From positions 324,147 through 388,146 of the forward strand of contig CAVZOL010000009.1 in NCBI GenBank assembly GCA_963776895.1: a DNA stretch of 64,000 nt. The letters are read 5' to 3'. This stretch comes from Ignavibacteriota bacterium (GTDB taxonomy: Bacteria; Bacteroidota; Ignavibacteria; Palsa-1295). Both the position numbers and the translations under genes were made by a program. Shown here piece by piece: positions 18,066 to 27,232 of the stretch. The number at the start of each line of letters is the position of its first letter. Within the stretch, counting starts at the first letter, position 1. The notes beneath the pieces are model-generated. The model searched no databases and was not told the origin of the DNA. It saw only the letters and a program-made list of their open reading frames with translations.

Positions 18066-19912
18066 TGATGGGACAAAACCAAGGCAAGCGGCTTGTAACC
18101 AGGAGAGCAACCAGCTCTCCTGGTCCCGCTCGTCTTATTCTCGCAATCGTTTTTGTGTTCTTTTTTTTACAAGCGAACGTGGCTGAATCCCAATGGCATC
18201 TACTCCGCAATTTTGCGCGCGTCGATACGGATTTTGAGATCAGTATCGATGCTGTTTATTTTATCGACCTCCCCGGCCCACCGAAAATAGGTTTTGTCGG
18301 AATGAGTACGGACGATACAGCCCATAATAACGGAGAAGGGGAACTCTGGAAAACTACCGATGGCGGTTGGACCTGGCGGTGTATCCTCTTTGACACAAAC
18401 TTAGTTCCAGGATGGGTTAGCGATATTACATTTAAAGATAGTCTAACTGGATGGTTCGCAGCTAGCGGCGATGGCGGAATCTATAAAACAACCGATGCTG
18501 GGGAAACCTGGGATTACGTTTTGCGGCCAAAGCCGTATGCAAATGGCTTTGGCGGAATCTATTATCATGCCGCTTCCGATCGATTATTTGCCTATGATGG
18601 TGAAGACGGTGGTAGCTTCGAATCGACGGATGAAGGTGTTACCTGGAATGAATTTTATTATTATCCTTTTTTCGGTGCAGTTTTTATCGACGATTCGACC
18701 GGCATTCTAGGCGGATGTCGCTTTGATAATGATACAAATAATGGGTCAGTTCCGATCAGCCGCACTACAGACAGTGGCAGAACGTGGTCGGTAACGACGA
18801 CCGACTCGATCGGCGGTCAGCACATGCTTACAATATCTGGAACCAAAACTATTTTTGCGTTTAGGTGCCAGGTATTTCCGAACCGCGACACTGCCCTTCT
18901 TTGTCGAAGCGACGATGCCGGATTGACATGGCGCCCGGTTTCATATGCTCCCGGCTGGACAACGTTCGAAGTGTTCGGCGATTTGCAGCACCTTTACATT
19001 CAGACAAGCGAGGGGTTTTATATGTCCACCGATGAAGGGAAAACATGGCAAAATTTGTGTGGCACGCCAAACTACGGCGCCCCGTTCGGAACAGCCGAAT
19101 TTTATCAAAAGGGAAACTATATTTATATTGTTGGCTCCGCGGGCGAATATCCTATTGAAAGTACTCTCGAGTCTAACCTTTGGTATTTAAATATGGATTC
19201 GCTCAATATTTTTAGTTCCTCACTTCACCCCACCTTGAGCGCGGCAAACGGTATGAGCGTTATCTTCCAGTCGCACATAGATTCCACTGCGGCAGTAGAT
19301 ACGGCACATTTTGCCATTCGTTATGATACGTCGCTGCTTCTCAAATCGCTCACACTTCCGGCAGACTGGAACCTTCTTGATTCCAATTCCAACGGCAATA
19401 CGCTGAATATAACAATTTTCGATACATTGAGCACAGTGAGCATACCGTGTGTAACACTGAATTTCGAACGAATCTTAATTCCTTCGATAAATTCCGGCAA
19501 AGTCTGGCTCAATTCCGCAAATTTGTACGGCAAATGGATGAATTGTGATATTTATGCACAATCCACATCCGCACCCGATTCCATTCAGATAAATTTCATT
19601 CCTGCATGTGGTGATTCGCTTATTCTCGCCGCGATGGAAAGCCAACCGCCATTTACAATCCAAAGCATCGTTCCCAACCCCGTGAATGATGAAACGGTAA
19701 TTTCCCTTAGCACCAGCCAGGAAGCGTATGTGAAGATCGAGCTGTTCGATGTGCTCGGGCATGAGGAATCCTCGTATGATTACGAAAGCCTGATGGAGCC
19801 GGGAAATAAATCGGTTTCGTTCTCGCTTGCGGGCTTACCCTCCGGCACCTACTTCGCCCGCATCATGACAGCTTACGGCGAAGTGCAATCGGTTAAATTG
19901 GTGAAGGAATAA
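18065..19912 (+). CDS. BNR/Asp-box (sortilin/Ycf48-like beta-propeller) repeat protein with T9SS C-terminal domain
   Basis: At least six S/T-x-D-x-G-x-T-W repeats (TTDGGWTWR, TTDAGETWD, STDEGVTWN, TTDSGRTWS, SDDAGLTWR, STDEGKTWQ). CTD is nearly identical to that of the 16525 gene. Confidence 0.75.
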   Translation: MMGQNQGKRLVTRRATSSPGPARLILAIVFVFFFLQANVAESQWHLLRNFARVDTDFEISIDAVYFIDLPGPPKIGFVGMSTDDTAHNNGEGELWKTTDGGWTWRCILFDTNLVPGWVSDITFKDSLTGWFAASGDGGIYKTTDAGETWDYVLRPKPYANGFGGIYYHAASDRLFAYDGEDGGSFESTDEGVTWNEFYYYPFFGAVFIDDSTGILGGCRFDNDTNNGSVPISRTTDSGRTWSVTTTDSIGGQHMLTISGTKTIFAFRCQVFPNRDTALLCRSDDAGLTWRPVSYAPGWTTFEVFGDLQHLYIQTSEGFYMSTDEGKTWQNLCGTPNYGAPFGTAEFYQKGNYIYIVGSAGEYPIESTLESNLWYLNMDSLNIFSSSLHPTLSAANGMSVIFQSHIDSTAAVDTAHFAIRYDTSLLLKSLTLPADWNLLDSNSNGNTLNITIFDTLSTVSIPCVTLNFERILIPSINSGKVWLNSANLYGKWMNCDIYAQSTSAPDSIQINFIPACGDSLILAAMESQPPFTIQSIVPNPVNDETVISLSTSQEAYVKIELFDVLGHEESSYDYESLMEPGNKSVSFSLAGLPSGTYFARIMTAYGEVQSVKLVKE

Positions 19913-19922
19913 CCACGATTCA

Positions 19923-19968
19923 AAGGATTCAGAAGATTTAGGCGGGATTTAACGCCTCTCCCGTGCAG
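19923..19968. terminator. bidirectional terminator hairpin
   Basis: AACGCCTCTCCC-gtgca-GGGAGGGGCGTT between convergent genes. Confidence 0.65.
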
Positions 19969-19982
19969 GGAGGGGCGTTTAT

Positions 19983-20924
19983 TCAAAATGTAACTAACTC
20001 CGAGCCGGTAACGCGGACGCCCAGCATTACATAATTCGTATTGCGCGGGATGGGCGTTTGGCCGTCGTCTTCCCATTCTTCCCATCCGGCGTAAAGCTGC
20101 ATGCGTCCTTCGCGTCCGTGGAACTCGTAGCCAATTTCTGCGTGGCTATCGACCGTGAGCTTTGCGATCGTTCCGAACCGGCTGATAAATCCGCTGTCGT
20201 TTCCAAAGGCAGTTAAGTTCTCGTTGATCATCATATAAAGCGATGTTGTCTTCCACTGCACTAATTTCGATTGAAACGCCGGCCCAATGGACCACGCGAG
20301 ATCCTGAAACGTCGTGCCGATGCCATAATCGGAAGCTGGAATCCGGTAGTCCTCACGCACGAGGTAAATGTCGCCATGCAGCCAGGATGTGGTCGGGCAC
20401 GGTAATCCGAAAAGCTTATCGCTATTGACGATCGCTTTGCCAGACAGCGAGCAATAGATAAGAGTCCGCTGCTGATCGATGTCGGAATATCCCTGCGGAT
20501 CGATATTATCGAGATCGTGACGGCAACGGTAAATCGTTCCAACCTGCCAATCGAACTGCGAATTCTCGTGAACGGCATAGACCAATCCTTCTTCCCACAT
20601 CGCGCCGCGCGGTTTGAAATCGATGTCGTTATGATCGTTCGCGGTCAGTTCCATTCCCGTAAACGCAAAGAGGGATTTATCTCCGCCCCATCTGGCAAAT
20701 TCCCAAATAGCTCCCATCGAAACCGACCACGCCCATCGGTCGCTATCGCTCCCAAATCCGCGCTGCACTTCCGCCCAATAGCTGGCGTGATCGAAAATGG
20801 AGGAGGTATCGGTTTTTCCGGTCCATCTGGGATCGAGCAGAAACCCGCGCGTGGGGAAAATTGGGCCTGCAGCGGCAACGGAAGCAAAAGCAAGACAAAT
20901 AAGGCTTGAAAGAAAATGTTTCAT
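19983..20924 (-). CDS. hypothetical outer-membrane beta-barrel-like protein
   Basis: Signal peptide, alternating hydrophobic/aromatic pattern, C-terminal Phe. Confidence 0.45.
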   Translation of the reverse strand: MKHFLSSLICLAFASVAAAGPIFPTRGFLLDPRWTGKTDTSSIFDHASYWAEVQRGFGSDSDRWAWSVSMGAIWEFARWGGDKSLFAFTGMELTANDHNDIDFKPRGAMWEEGLVYAVHENSQFDWQVGTIYRCRHDLDNIDPQGYSDIDQQRTLIYCSLSGKAIVNSDKLFGLPCPTTSWLHGDIYLVREDYRIPASDYGIGTTFQDLAWSIGPAFQSKLVQWKTTSLYMMINENLTAFGNDSGFISRFGTIAKLTVDSHAEIGYEFHGREGRMQLYAGWEEWEDDGQTPIPRNTNYVMLGVRVTGSELVTF

Positions 20925-20964
20925 AGAAGATCGATGTATGTAGTACGCATCAGTAGCGAAAGAC

Positions 20965-21092
20965 TGTCATTCTGAGTGTAGTAAATCTTCGCGGAGCGAA
21001 GATTTACGAAGCGAAGAATCTGGTGCATTACAAGAGATCCTTCGACTCCGTTCGCCCCGGCTCCGCCGGGACGAACTCCGCTCAGGATGACA
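20965..21092. repeat. MITE-like nested palindromic element copy R2
   Basis: TGTCATTCTGAGTGTAG ... CTCCGCTCAGGATGACA with internal AAGAGATCCTTCGACTCCG shared with R1. Confidence 0.7.
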
Positions 21093-21201
21093 TGTAGAAG
21101 CATCAGAGCGGCTTTAATAATGGTATTGCAAAGAATCCCGTCACTTCGTTCGTATTTTTGCAATACAAATTACATTTACTAATTCAAAGTTACGAAAATT
21201 T

Positions 21202-22104
21202 ATGAGTGTTCTGGTAGATAAGAAAACGCGGCTCGTCGTGCAAGGGATTACGGGCAGCGAAGGCGGATTCCATACAAAGCAGATGTTAGAATACGGCACG
21301 AACGTCGTTGCAGGCGTGACACCCGGCAAAGGCGGTACGTTTTATGAAGGCGTGCCGGTGTTCAACACGGTAGCCGATGCCGTGCGCGAAACAGGCGCTA
21401 ATGCTGCTTGCATCTTTGTCCCCCCTCCGTTTGCCGCTGATACTATTTTGGAATCCGAAGCAAGCGAGCTTCCGCTCGTTATCTGCATTACCGAGGGAAT
21501 CCCGGTGCGGGATATGATTCAGGTTTATGATAAAATTCGTCATTCCAAAACTCGTCTGATCGGCCCAAATTGCCCAGGTGTGATCTCGCCCGGTAAAGCA
21601 AAGATCGGCATTATGCCTGGCTTCATCCATAAGGAAGGCCGGGTTGGGATCATTTCTCGCTCCGGCACACTGACGTATGAAGCAGTAAAGCAGCTTACCG
21701 ATGCGGGATTAGGGCAATCCACAGCCATCGGCATTGGTGGCGATCCAATAGTTGGCACACGATTCATTGACGCCATCAAACTCTTCGCTAACGACGATCA
21801 AACCGATGCCGTAGTAATGATCGGCGAGATCGGTGGCACTGCCGAAGAAGAAGCCGCCGCATGGATCGGCAAGCATTTCGGTAAGCCGGTCGTCGGATTC
21901 ATCGCTGGTAGAACCGCACCGCCTGGACGCCGCATGGGTCACGCAGGAGCAATAATCTCCGGTGGCAAAGGCACCGCTGATGAGAAAATAAAAGTCATGC
22001 GCGAGAATGGAATTACCGTCGTTGATAGCCCCGCGCTGATGGGTGAAACGGTCGTAAAAGCGCTTGGCGACAGAAAAAGAAATCGGTTGCTATCAGTGGC
22101 ATAA
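21202..22104 (+). CDS. sucD: succinate--CoA ligase subunit alpha
   Basis: 300 aa; conserved N-terminus ([18 protein letters not shown]) and phosphohistidine-loop region ([14 protein letters not shown]). Confidence 0.9.
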   Translation: MSVLVDKKTRLVVQGITGSEGGFHTKQMLEYGTNVVAGVTPGKGGTFYEGVPVFNTVADAVRETGANAACIFVPPPFAADTILESEASELPLVICITEGIPVRDMIQVYDKIRHSKTRLIGPNCPGVISPGKAKIGIMPGFIHKEGRVGIISRSGTLTYEAVKQLTDAGLGQSTAIGIGGDPIVGTRFIDAIKLFANDDQTDAVVMIGEIGGTAEEEAAAWIGKHFGKPVVGFIAGRTAPPGRRMGHAGAIISGGKGTADEKIKVMRENGITVVDSPALMGETVVKALGDRKRNRLLSVA

Positions 22105-22127
22105 AACGTATAAGCATCCCTAAATCT

Positions 22128-22328
22128 GTGCAAGAAAAAATAGATAAGGTTATCGCTTCAGCGCCCAAAGTAAAGGTTTCTAAAAAAGCCGTAAAGCCTT
22201 TTAAAAAAGCAGTTAAGCCATCGAAGAAAACTGTAAAGCCGGTTAAAAAATCCGGGAAAACTGCAAAACTTGTTGCAAAAAAGAAAGCTGCCTCTCGCCC
22301 AAAACCGAAGAAACGAACTCGGCGTTAA
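22128..22328 (+). CDS. lysine-rich histone H1-like (HC1-like) DNA-binding protein
   Basis: 66 aa, >35% Lys with repeating KKAVKP/KKTVKP units. Confidence 0.5.
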   Translation: MQEKIDKVIASAPKVKVSKKAVKPFKKAVKPSKKTVKPVKKSGKTAKLVAKKKAASRPKPKKRTRR

Positions 22329-22330
22329 TC

Positions 22331-22936
22331 TTGGCAATGCAAGCCACAAAATCTCGCTACTTAGTCGCATACGTCCTATTGGTCGCATTTGTCCCATTAG
22401 GAAATTTGTACGCACAGGATTCGGCAAATTACCGAAGCAAAACTTGGCGCGATTCCACCCTAAAATATGATGGAAGACTTGATTCCTACCGACAGGAATT
22501 GTACAGCTACGACCTGGGAATGACCTTCGGAATGCTGCCCATCTTCGGCGAAAGTTATGTGGGTAAAGAAGCAACCGGAATTGCATATCTTACTGGGCGA
22601 GTCGTGGCGGTTGCAATCGGGGTGGTCGGCGCCGTTCGGCTGATCGAAGGCAAACCATATTTGGGACTTAACCTCGGAATGCTTGTCGGCGGAATTGCAG
22701 GATGGTTCGGTCTAAAATTCTCCGAGCTTGCCAATATTCGCCATACTGTGTCCGAGCTGAACGAAGATCTTGTAGAAAAATGGCAAATTCCTACGGCTGA
22801 TATTGAACCGCATTCCATTCGTTACCCGACGAAGCAGTGGCCGGAATGGGTAACAAGCCCTCCCGAAGAGCGTCATTACGAGAACGCACGAGAAGCCGTC
22901 GATAAACCACTTCCGAAAGTAACGGGTAACGAGTAA
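22331..22936 (+). CDS. hypothetical secreted/membrane protein
   Basis: Signal peptide plus glycine-zipper-like hydrophobic segment. No family recognised. Confidence 0.4.
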   Translation: MAMQATKSRYLVAYVLLVAFVPLGNLYAQDSANYRSKTWRDSTLKYDGRLDSYRQELYSYDLGMTFGMLPIFGESYVGKEATGIAYLTGRVVAVAIGVVGAVRLIEGKPYLGLNLGMLVGGIAGWFGLKFSELANIRHTVSELNEDLVEKWQIPTADIEPHSIRYPTKQWPEWVTSPPEERHYENAREAVDKPLPKVTGNE

Positions 22937-23005
22937 CGCATAAATCGCGTTAAGCGCACTCTCGTTTACTTAGCACATTAGCACCTAGCACTTTAGCACT
23001 TTTTT

Positions 23006-23434
23006 ATGGCAATCGAAAGAACACTCTGCATCATTAAGCCCGACGGCGTAAGCGCGGGCAATACCGGAAACATTATCGCGCACATTCAGAAAGAAGGATT
23101 TCGCATTCTCGCTATGCGAATGACGAAGCTTTCTAATAAAGCAGCCTCGAAATTTTACGAAGTACACAAAGGCCGTCCATTTTATGAGGGATTGGTTGAG
23201 TTTATGTCGAGCGCCGCATGCGTGCCGATCGCGCTGGAAAGGGAAAACGCCATTGCCGAATGGCGCCGCGTTATCGGTGCAACCGATCCTGCCGAAGCCG
23301 CTGACGGAACCATCCGCAAGCTTTACGCCAAGAACAAAGGAGAGAACGCCGTGCATGGCTCGGACTCCGTCGAGAACGGATTGCGTGAGATCGCATTCTT
23401 CTTTACTGAAGGCGAGCTGGCCGATCTTTCTTGA
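23006..23434 (+). CDS. ndk: nucleoside diphosphate kinase
   Basis: 142 aa; ERTLCIIKPDGV, catalytic NAVHGSDS. Confidence 0.92.
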   Translation: MAIERTLCIIKPDGVSAGNTGNIIAHIQKEGFRILAMRMTKLSNKAASKFYEVHKGRPFYEGLVEFMSSAACVPIALERENAIAEWRRVIGATDPAEAADGTIRKLYAKNKGENAVHGSDSVENGLREIAFFFTEGELADLS

Positions 23435-23501
23435 TGCGTCGAACCGGTTTAAATCGACGAAGCAAATGGAATTGGAAGGGCGAGAATAAGGTTCAGTTTA
23501 T

Positions 23502-23777
23502 ATGCAGCAATTAGTGATAGACTCGAACGGAAAACTTCCCATTCCTCCCGATGTCATGAGGAAATACGGGCTTACGCCAGGCTCGAAGGTTAACTTTAAC
23601 GTTACGAACGACAAGATGATCATCGAGCCGGCAGATCATGCAGGCCAGAAACCAGAAAAAAGGCGGAGCATGAGTGATATGGCCGGCTTTCTAGGACCCA
23701 ACAGCAAAGCTCTCGATATTCTGATGGAAGAGCGAAGAAAGGATCGTGAGAAAGAAGACCGGCCTTTTGGTTCTTGA
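23502..23777 (+). CDS. AbrB/MazE/SpoVT-type antitoxin
   Basis: 91 aa; N-terminal swapped-hairpin region, overlaps the downstream PIN gene by about 30 nt. Confidence 0.6.
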   Translation: MQQLVIDSNGKLPIPPDVMRKYGLTPGSKVNFNVTNDKMIIEPADHAGQKPEKRRSMSDMAGFLGPNSKALDILMEERRKDREKEDRPFGS

Positions 23778-24183
23778 TGCCTACCCACTTCTCGATTTCT
23801 TTCTGCAGAAACCAGGATGGGAACGCGTCGGAGAGATTTTGGAAGATGCTGTGCAAAACAACATCCGCCACCTTTTGAGCGCAATAAACTTTGGCGAGAT
23901 TCGGTACACGATCCTTCGCGATTCCGGCCCAGAGCAAGCTGCCGCCGCTGTCGGACGCATCATGCAAGGCCCCATCGAAATTATTATGCCAACCTTTGAG
24001 CAAGTCATGCAGGCTTCTACCTTCAAAGCCACGGGCGGAATTTCCTACGCAGATTGCTTTGCAGGTGCTTTGGCCAAGGAACGCGATATTCCTGTTCTCA
24101 CCGGCGATGAGGAATTCGAGCGCCTTATACCTTTTGGCGTGAAAATAGAATGGCTCCCTAAAATCATGCAAATATCACGCTAA
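23746..24183 (+). CDS. vapC: PIN-domain toxin (VapC family)
   Basis: 145 aa; acidic residues at LDAYPLLDFF, ...YADCFAGALA, TGDEEF fit the PIN catalytic tetrad spacing. Confidence 0.65.
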   Translation: MRKKTGLLVLDAYPLLDFFLQKPGWERVGEILEDAVQNNIRHLLSAINFGEIRYTILRDSGPEQAAAAVGRIMQGPIEIIMPTFEQVMQASTFKATGGISYADCFAGALAKERDIPVLTGDEEFERLIPFGVKIEWLPKIMQISR

Positions 24184-24645
24184 CGGACGGGAAGAGTTTT
24201 AGCACCTTTCCCTCGCCCTCCGAAAAGAAGTTGATCCACGCTAAACATTCCCGGCCCGGCGAGCATAATTGCAATCGCTGACATAGCAAGTGAGCCGGGA
24301 AATTCAAATCCCATCGGCGCAAAAAATCCGTTCTTCAAATGCACCGCAATAACGGCGACGGTCATATTGATGAGGATCGCAATGCCGAAAAATCGCGTGA
24401 AAATTCCGAGGATCATTGCTGCGCCGCCCAGAAATTCCGTGAATGCTGAGAGATATGGAAGCCACTCTGGCCCTCCCAGCCCTTTCGACATCATTGCGAC
24501 CGTCACATCGAGTCCCTTCCCGCCAAATACGCCGAGCACTTTTTGCGACCCATCGCGAACATGATGATCCCAAGCGCCATCCGCACGACCAAAATCGCCG
24601 TGTTGATCAGCTTTTCATTCGAGTATGTGAATATCTTTGTTTTCA
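24180..24645 (-). CDS. DoxX family membrane protein, interrupted by a 1-nt deletion near 24540
   Basis: ORF 24180..24539 is the C-terminal part. The N-terminal MKTKIFTYSNEKLINTAILVVRMALGIIMFAMG is in another frame upstream; the junction is consistent with TT->T. Confidence 0.65.
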
Positions 24646-24700
24646 TAATTGACGGGTTTTACTTGTTGCAACAAGTAATGTTTCACCCCATTTTTTTAAC

Positions 24701-24838
24701 TGTCATTGCGAGAGGAATCGAACGACCGGAGGCGCATCGCCGACGATGCTTGTTCGATTCGACGAAGCAATCTCGTGAGAGCAAGCATAATTTCAACAGA
24801 TTGCTTCGTCGCCTCTCCGAGGCTCCTCGCAATGACGT
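24701..24838. repeat. MITE-like nested palindromic element, divergent copy R3 (ends TGTCATTGCGAGAGG / CTCCTCGCAATGACG)
   Basis: Internal perfect inverted repeat CGACGAAGCAATC...GATTGCTTCGTCG; same architecture as R1/R2/R4. Overlapping track ORFs are spurious. Confidence 0.55.
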
Positions 24839-25213
24839 GTCTTGATCCACGACTTCCTACAGCTAATTCTTAAATCTTTTTCATCTTATTATATCCACAT
24901 GATTATGCAATAAAAATGCCTGTTGAAACAATGTGCGCGTTTTTGCGAATATAACGGAACTCTCGGCAATCGGGTCGGCAACACCTCCGGATTCGATGAT
25001 GTGGTCAAAACCAGGAAAACAGGCTGTATTTGCGATAAATTTATGGATTTCTTGGATTCGGACAAAAAATGTCGTACTTTTGCACGTTATTTTTTGCATG
25101 GGACAACAACTTAGGGCAAAAAGAGCAATATTAACAATGCAGGATTCGTGAATGAATCCCGCATTTTCCCATTCCGGACAGGGATGGGTGAACAGAGGGT
25201 AATAAGGGTAAGC

Positions 25214-25924
25214 ATGACGCTCAGCGAATTAGACGAAAAAGGAATACGGGATCGACATCGCGACTTCGAACGCGAGGCGATGCCGCACATCAACGCGCTT
25301 TTTAATTTCGCGTTCCGCATGACCGGCGACCCTGATGATGCCAACGATCTCCTCCAGGAGACCTACATGAAAGCCTATCGTTTCTGGGACAAATTCGAGC
25401 CCGGCACGAATTGCAAAGCGTGGCTTTTCCGCATCATGAAGAACTCCTACATCAATATCTACCGTAAGGAGTCGAAAGAGCCAGATAAAGTCGATTACGA
25501 GGACATCCAGAATTTCTACAACACCATTCGCTCGGAATACACCGATCCGAATGATATGGAAGCGCGCCTCTACCGCAATCTTTTAGATGACGATCTGACA
25601 AAGGCGGTCGAATCGCTGCCCGAGGATTTCCGTACCGTCGTAATCCTTTGCGACATCGAAGGTTTTACCTACGAGGAGATTGCGGAGTTCGTCGATTGCC
25701 CGATCGGCACCGTTCGTTCGCGCCTTCATCGAGGCCGGAAGCTGTTACGCAATAAGCTCATCGAATATGCTCGCGTGCGTGGATATAATGTGGATGAAGA
25801 ACGCCATCGCAAATCCGGATTATGGGATGAAGAAGGCGGTACGCTCATCGGCAGGGAAAGCGGCATGCCGATCGTGGGCAATACATCGAGAACGGGCATA
25901 GCACCAACGGGCACAAGCACGTAA
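25214..25924 (+). CDS. ECF-type RNA polymerase sigma-70 factor with a roughly 55-aa C-terminal extension
   Basis: Region 2 (DANDLLQETYMKAYRFWDKF…WLFRIMKN) and region 4 (EDFRTVVILCDIEGFTYEEIAEFVDCPIGTVRSRLHRGRKLL). Start chosen at MTLSELDE. Confidence 0.8.
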   Translation: MTLSELDEKGIRDRHRDFEREAMPHINALFNFAFRMTGDPDDANDLLQETYMKAYRFWDKFEPGTNCKAWLFRIMKNSYINIYRKESKEPDKVDYEDIQNFYNTIRSEYTDPNDMEARLYRNLLDDDLTKAVESLPEDFRTVVILCDIEGFTYEEIAEFVDCPIGTVRSRLHRGRKLLRNKLIEYARVRGYNVDEERHRKSGLWDEEGGTLIGRESGMPIVGNTSRTGIAPTGTST

Positions 25925-27208
25925 TCACTCTTTTACAATGCGTTTTGTAATGGGCTGGGAATTTCCCGGCCCATTTTCGTTTGCGCGAATAATATAAGTT
26001 CCCGCCGGAAGCCCGCCCGTTTCCCAATCATAGCTCCCATTGACCTGGAAATGATCTACTTCCCTACCCAGCACATCGAAAATTTCAACATCGGCGGATG
26101 GCGCGCCTTCCAAACTAATGGTTGCGTTACCGGTTGCGGGATTCGGAAAGACTTGAATGCTGCTACCTGAGTACTCATCAGTGCTTTCTGACACATTCGA
26201 GTAATTAAAATCCGAAAGAGGACGTCTCCAAATGCCACTATCGGTTGCTGCGAAAAGATAGCCATCGGCAACGGCAAGCGTGTAAATCGACCCATCGGTA
26301 AGACCTTCACTGGCATTTGACCAATTTGTTCCATTATCAGTTGACAAATAAACACCACTATCATTCGTGCCTGCAAAAATATCATTCTCGCTTACAGCTA
26401 AAGCCGTGATATTGAAAACGACGGATTGTGGTAACCCATTTGAAACAGATTTCCAACTATTGCCGCTATCCGTCGAAAGAAATACGCCGCCATTGTAAAA
26501 GGGTCCATTATTGCATCCGACAAAAATTTCTGAGCCCTCTGTTGCGAAAACATTAATACCAAGGCTCGTCAAACCATCGTTTTGCTTCGTCCAGCTTCGA
26601 CCCGTGTCAGTAGAAATATAAACACCTTCGAGCAAGGTCCCCGCCATTACATTAGTTCCAATCATAGTGAAGACAGTAATATCATCATGGGTAATGTCAA
26701 CCCCACTATCCCCACACTCAATCCAGCTATTCCCGGAATCAATGGAATAATAATTCCCATTCTGCGAATGATAGTAGGTGGAAATGAAAAGCATGGCTGG
26801 GGTTCTATTGCCACCCACGACATTGAAAGCACTGAAAGTGTTCAGGATGGGATCGGCGATCCAGGTTTCACCGCTATCTGTCGAACGAAAACCACTATAA
26901 TTGAATCCCCGATCCTGAGCAAACAGAGTTGTGCCGAGTTCCGCAACTAAATTGAAGTCGTAAGCAGAATTTGGAATCGTTCCAAACGAATCCCAGGTTG
27001 CTCCGCTGTCAGTAGAATGGAATATACCCGCAATGGGATGGAGGGAATCCCACATCGTTTCATTGGCGAAAAGATTCGCTCCATTCACAACAAGTTTGGA
27101 GCTTCGGCCGAATAACCCTACATTAACCCATTGTCCGTTCGCCTTTGGCACGACAAAAAAAGCAACAGTAAGGAAACAAAAGGAGATAAAAAAAAGCCTG
27201 AATTTCAT
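25925..27208 (-). CDS. BNR/Asp-box repeat protein with T9SS C-terminal domain
   Basis: Repeats STDSGATW, STDSGETW, DSGNSW, TDTGRSW, STDSGNSW, STDNGTNW. CTD …GAPSADVEIFDVLGREVDHFQVNGSYDWETGGLPAGTYIIRA…KRIVKE. Confidence 0.75.
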   Translation of the reverse strand: MKFRLFFISFCFLTVAFFVVPKANGQWVNVGLFGRSSKLVVNGANLFANETMWDSLHPIAGIFHSTDSGATWDSFGTIPNSAYDFNLVAELGTTLFAQDRGFNYSGFRSTDSGETWIADPILNTFSAFNVVGGNRTPAMLFISTYYHSQNGNYYSIDSGNSWIECGDSGVDITHDDITVFTMIGTNVMAGTLLEGVYISTDTGRSWTKQNDGLTSLGINVFATEGSEIFVGCNNGPFYNGGVFLSTDSGNSWKSVSNGLPQSVVFNITALAVSENDIFAGTNDSGVYLSTDNGTNWSNASEGLTDGSIYTLAVADGYLFAATDSGIWRRPLSDFNYSNVSESTDEYSGSSIQVFPNPATGNATISLEGAPSADVEIFDVLGREVDHFQVNGSYDWETGGLPAGTYIIRANENGPGNSQPITKRIVKE

Positions 27209-27232
27209 AGCTAATATTTCTTTCCGATCTAA

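Noticed and set aside
24543-24845. Track ORFs overlapping MITE-like repeats (24543..24845, 24443..24652, 20921..21163 and others)
   Set aside because: They lie entirely within palindromic repeat elements, have no start context and have low-complexity translations. These are typical spurious ORFs generated by such repeats.
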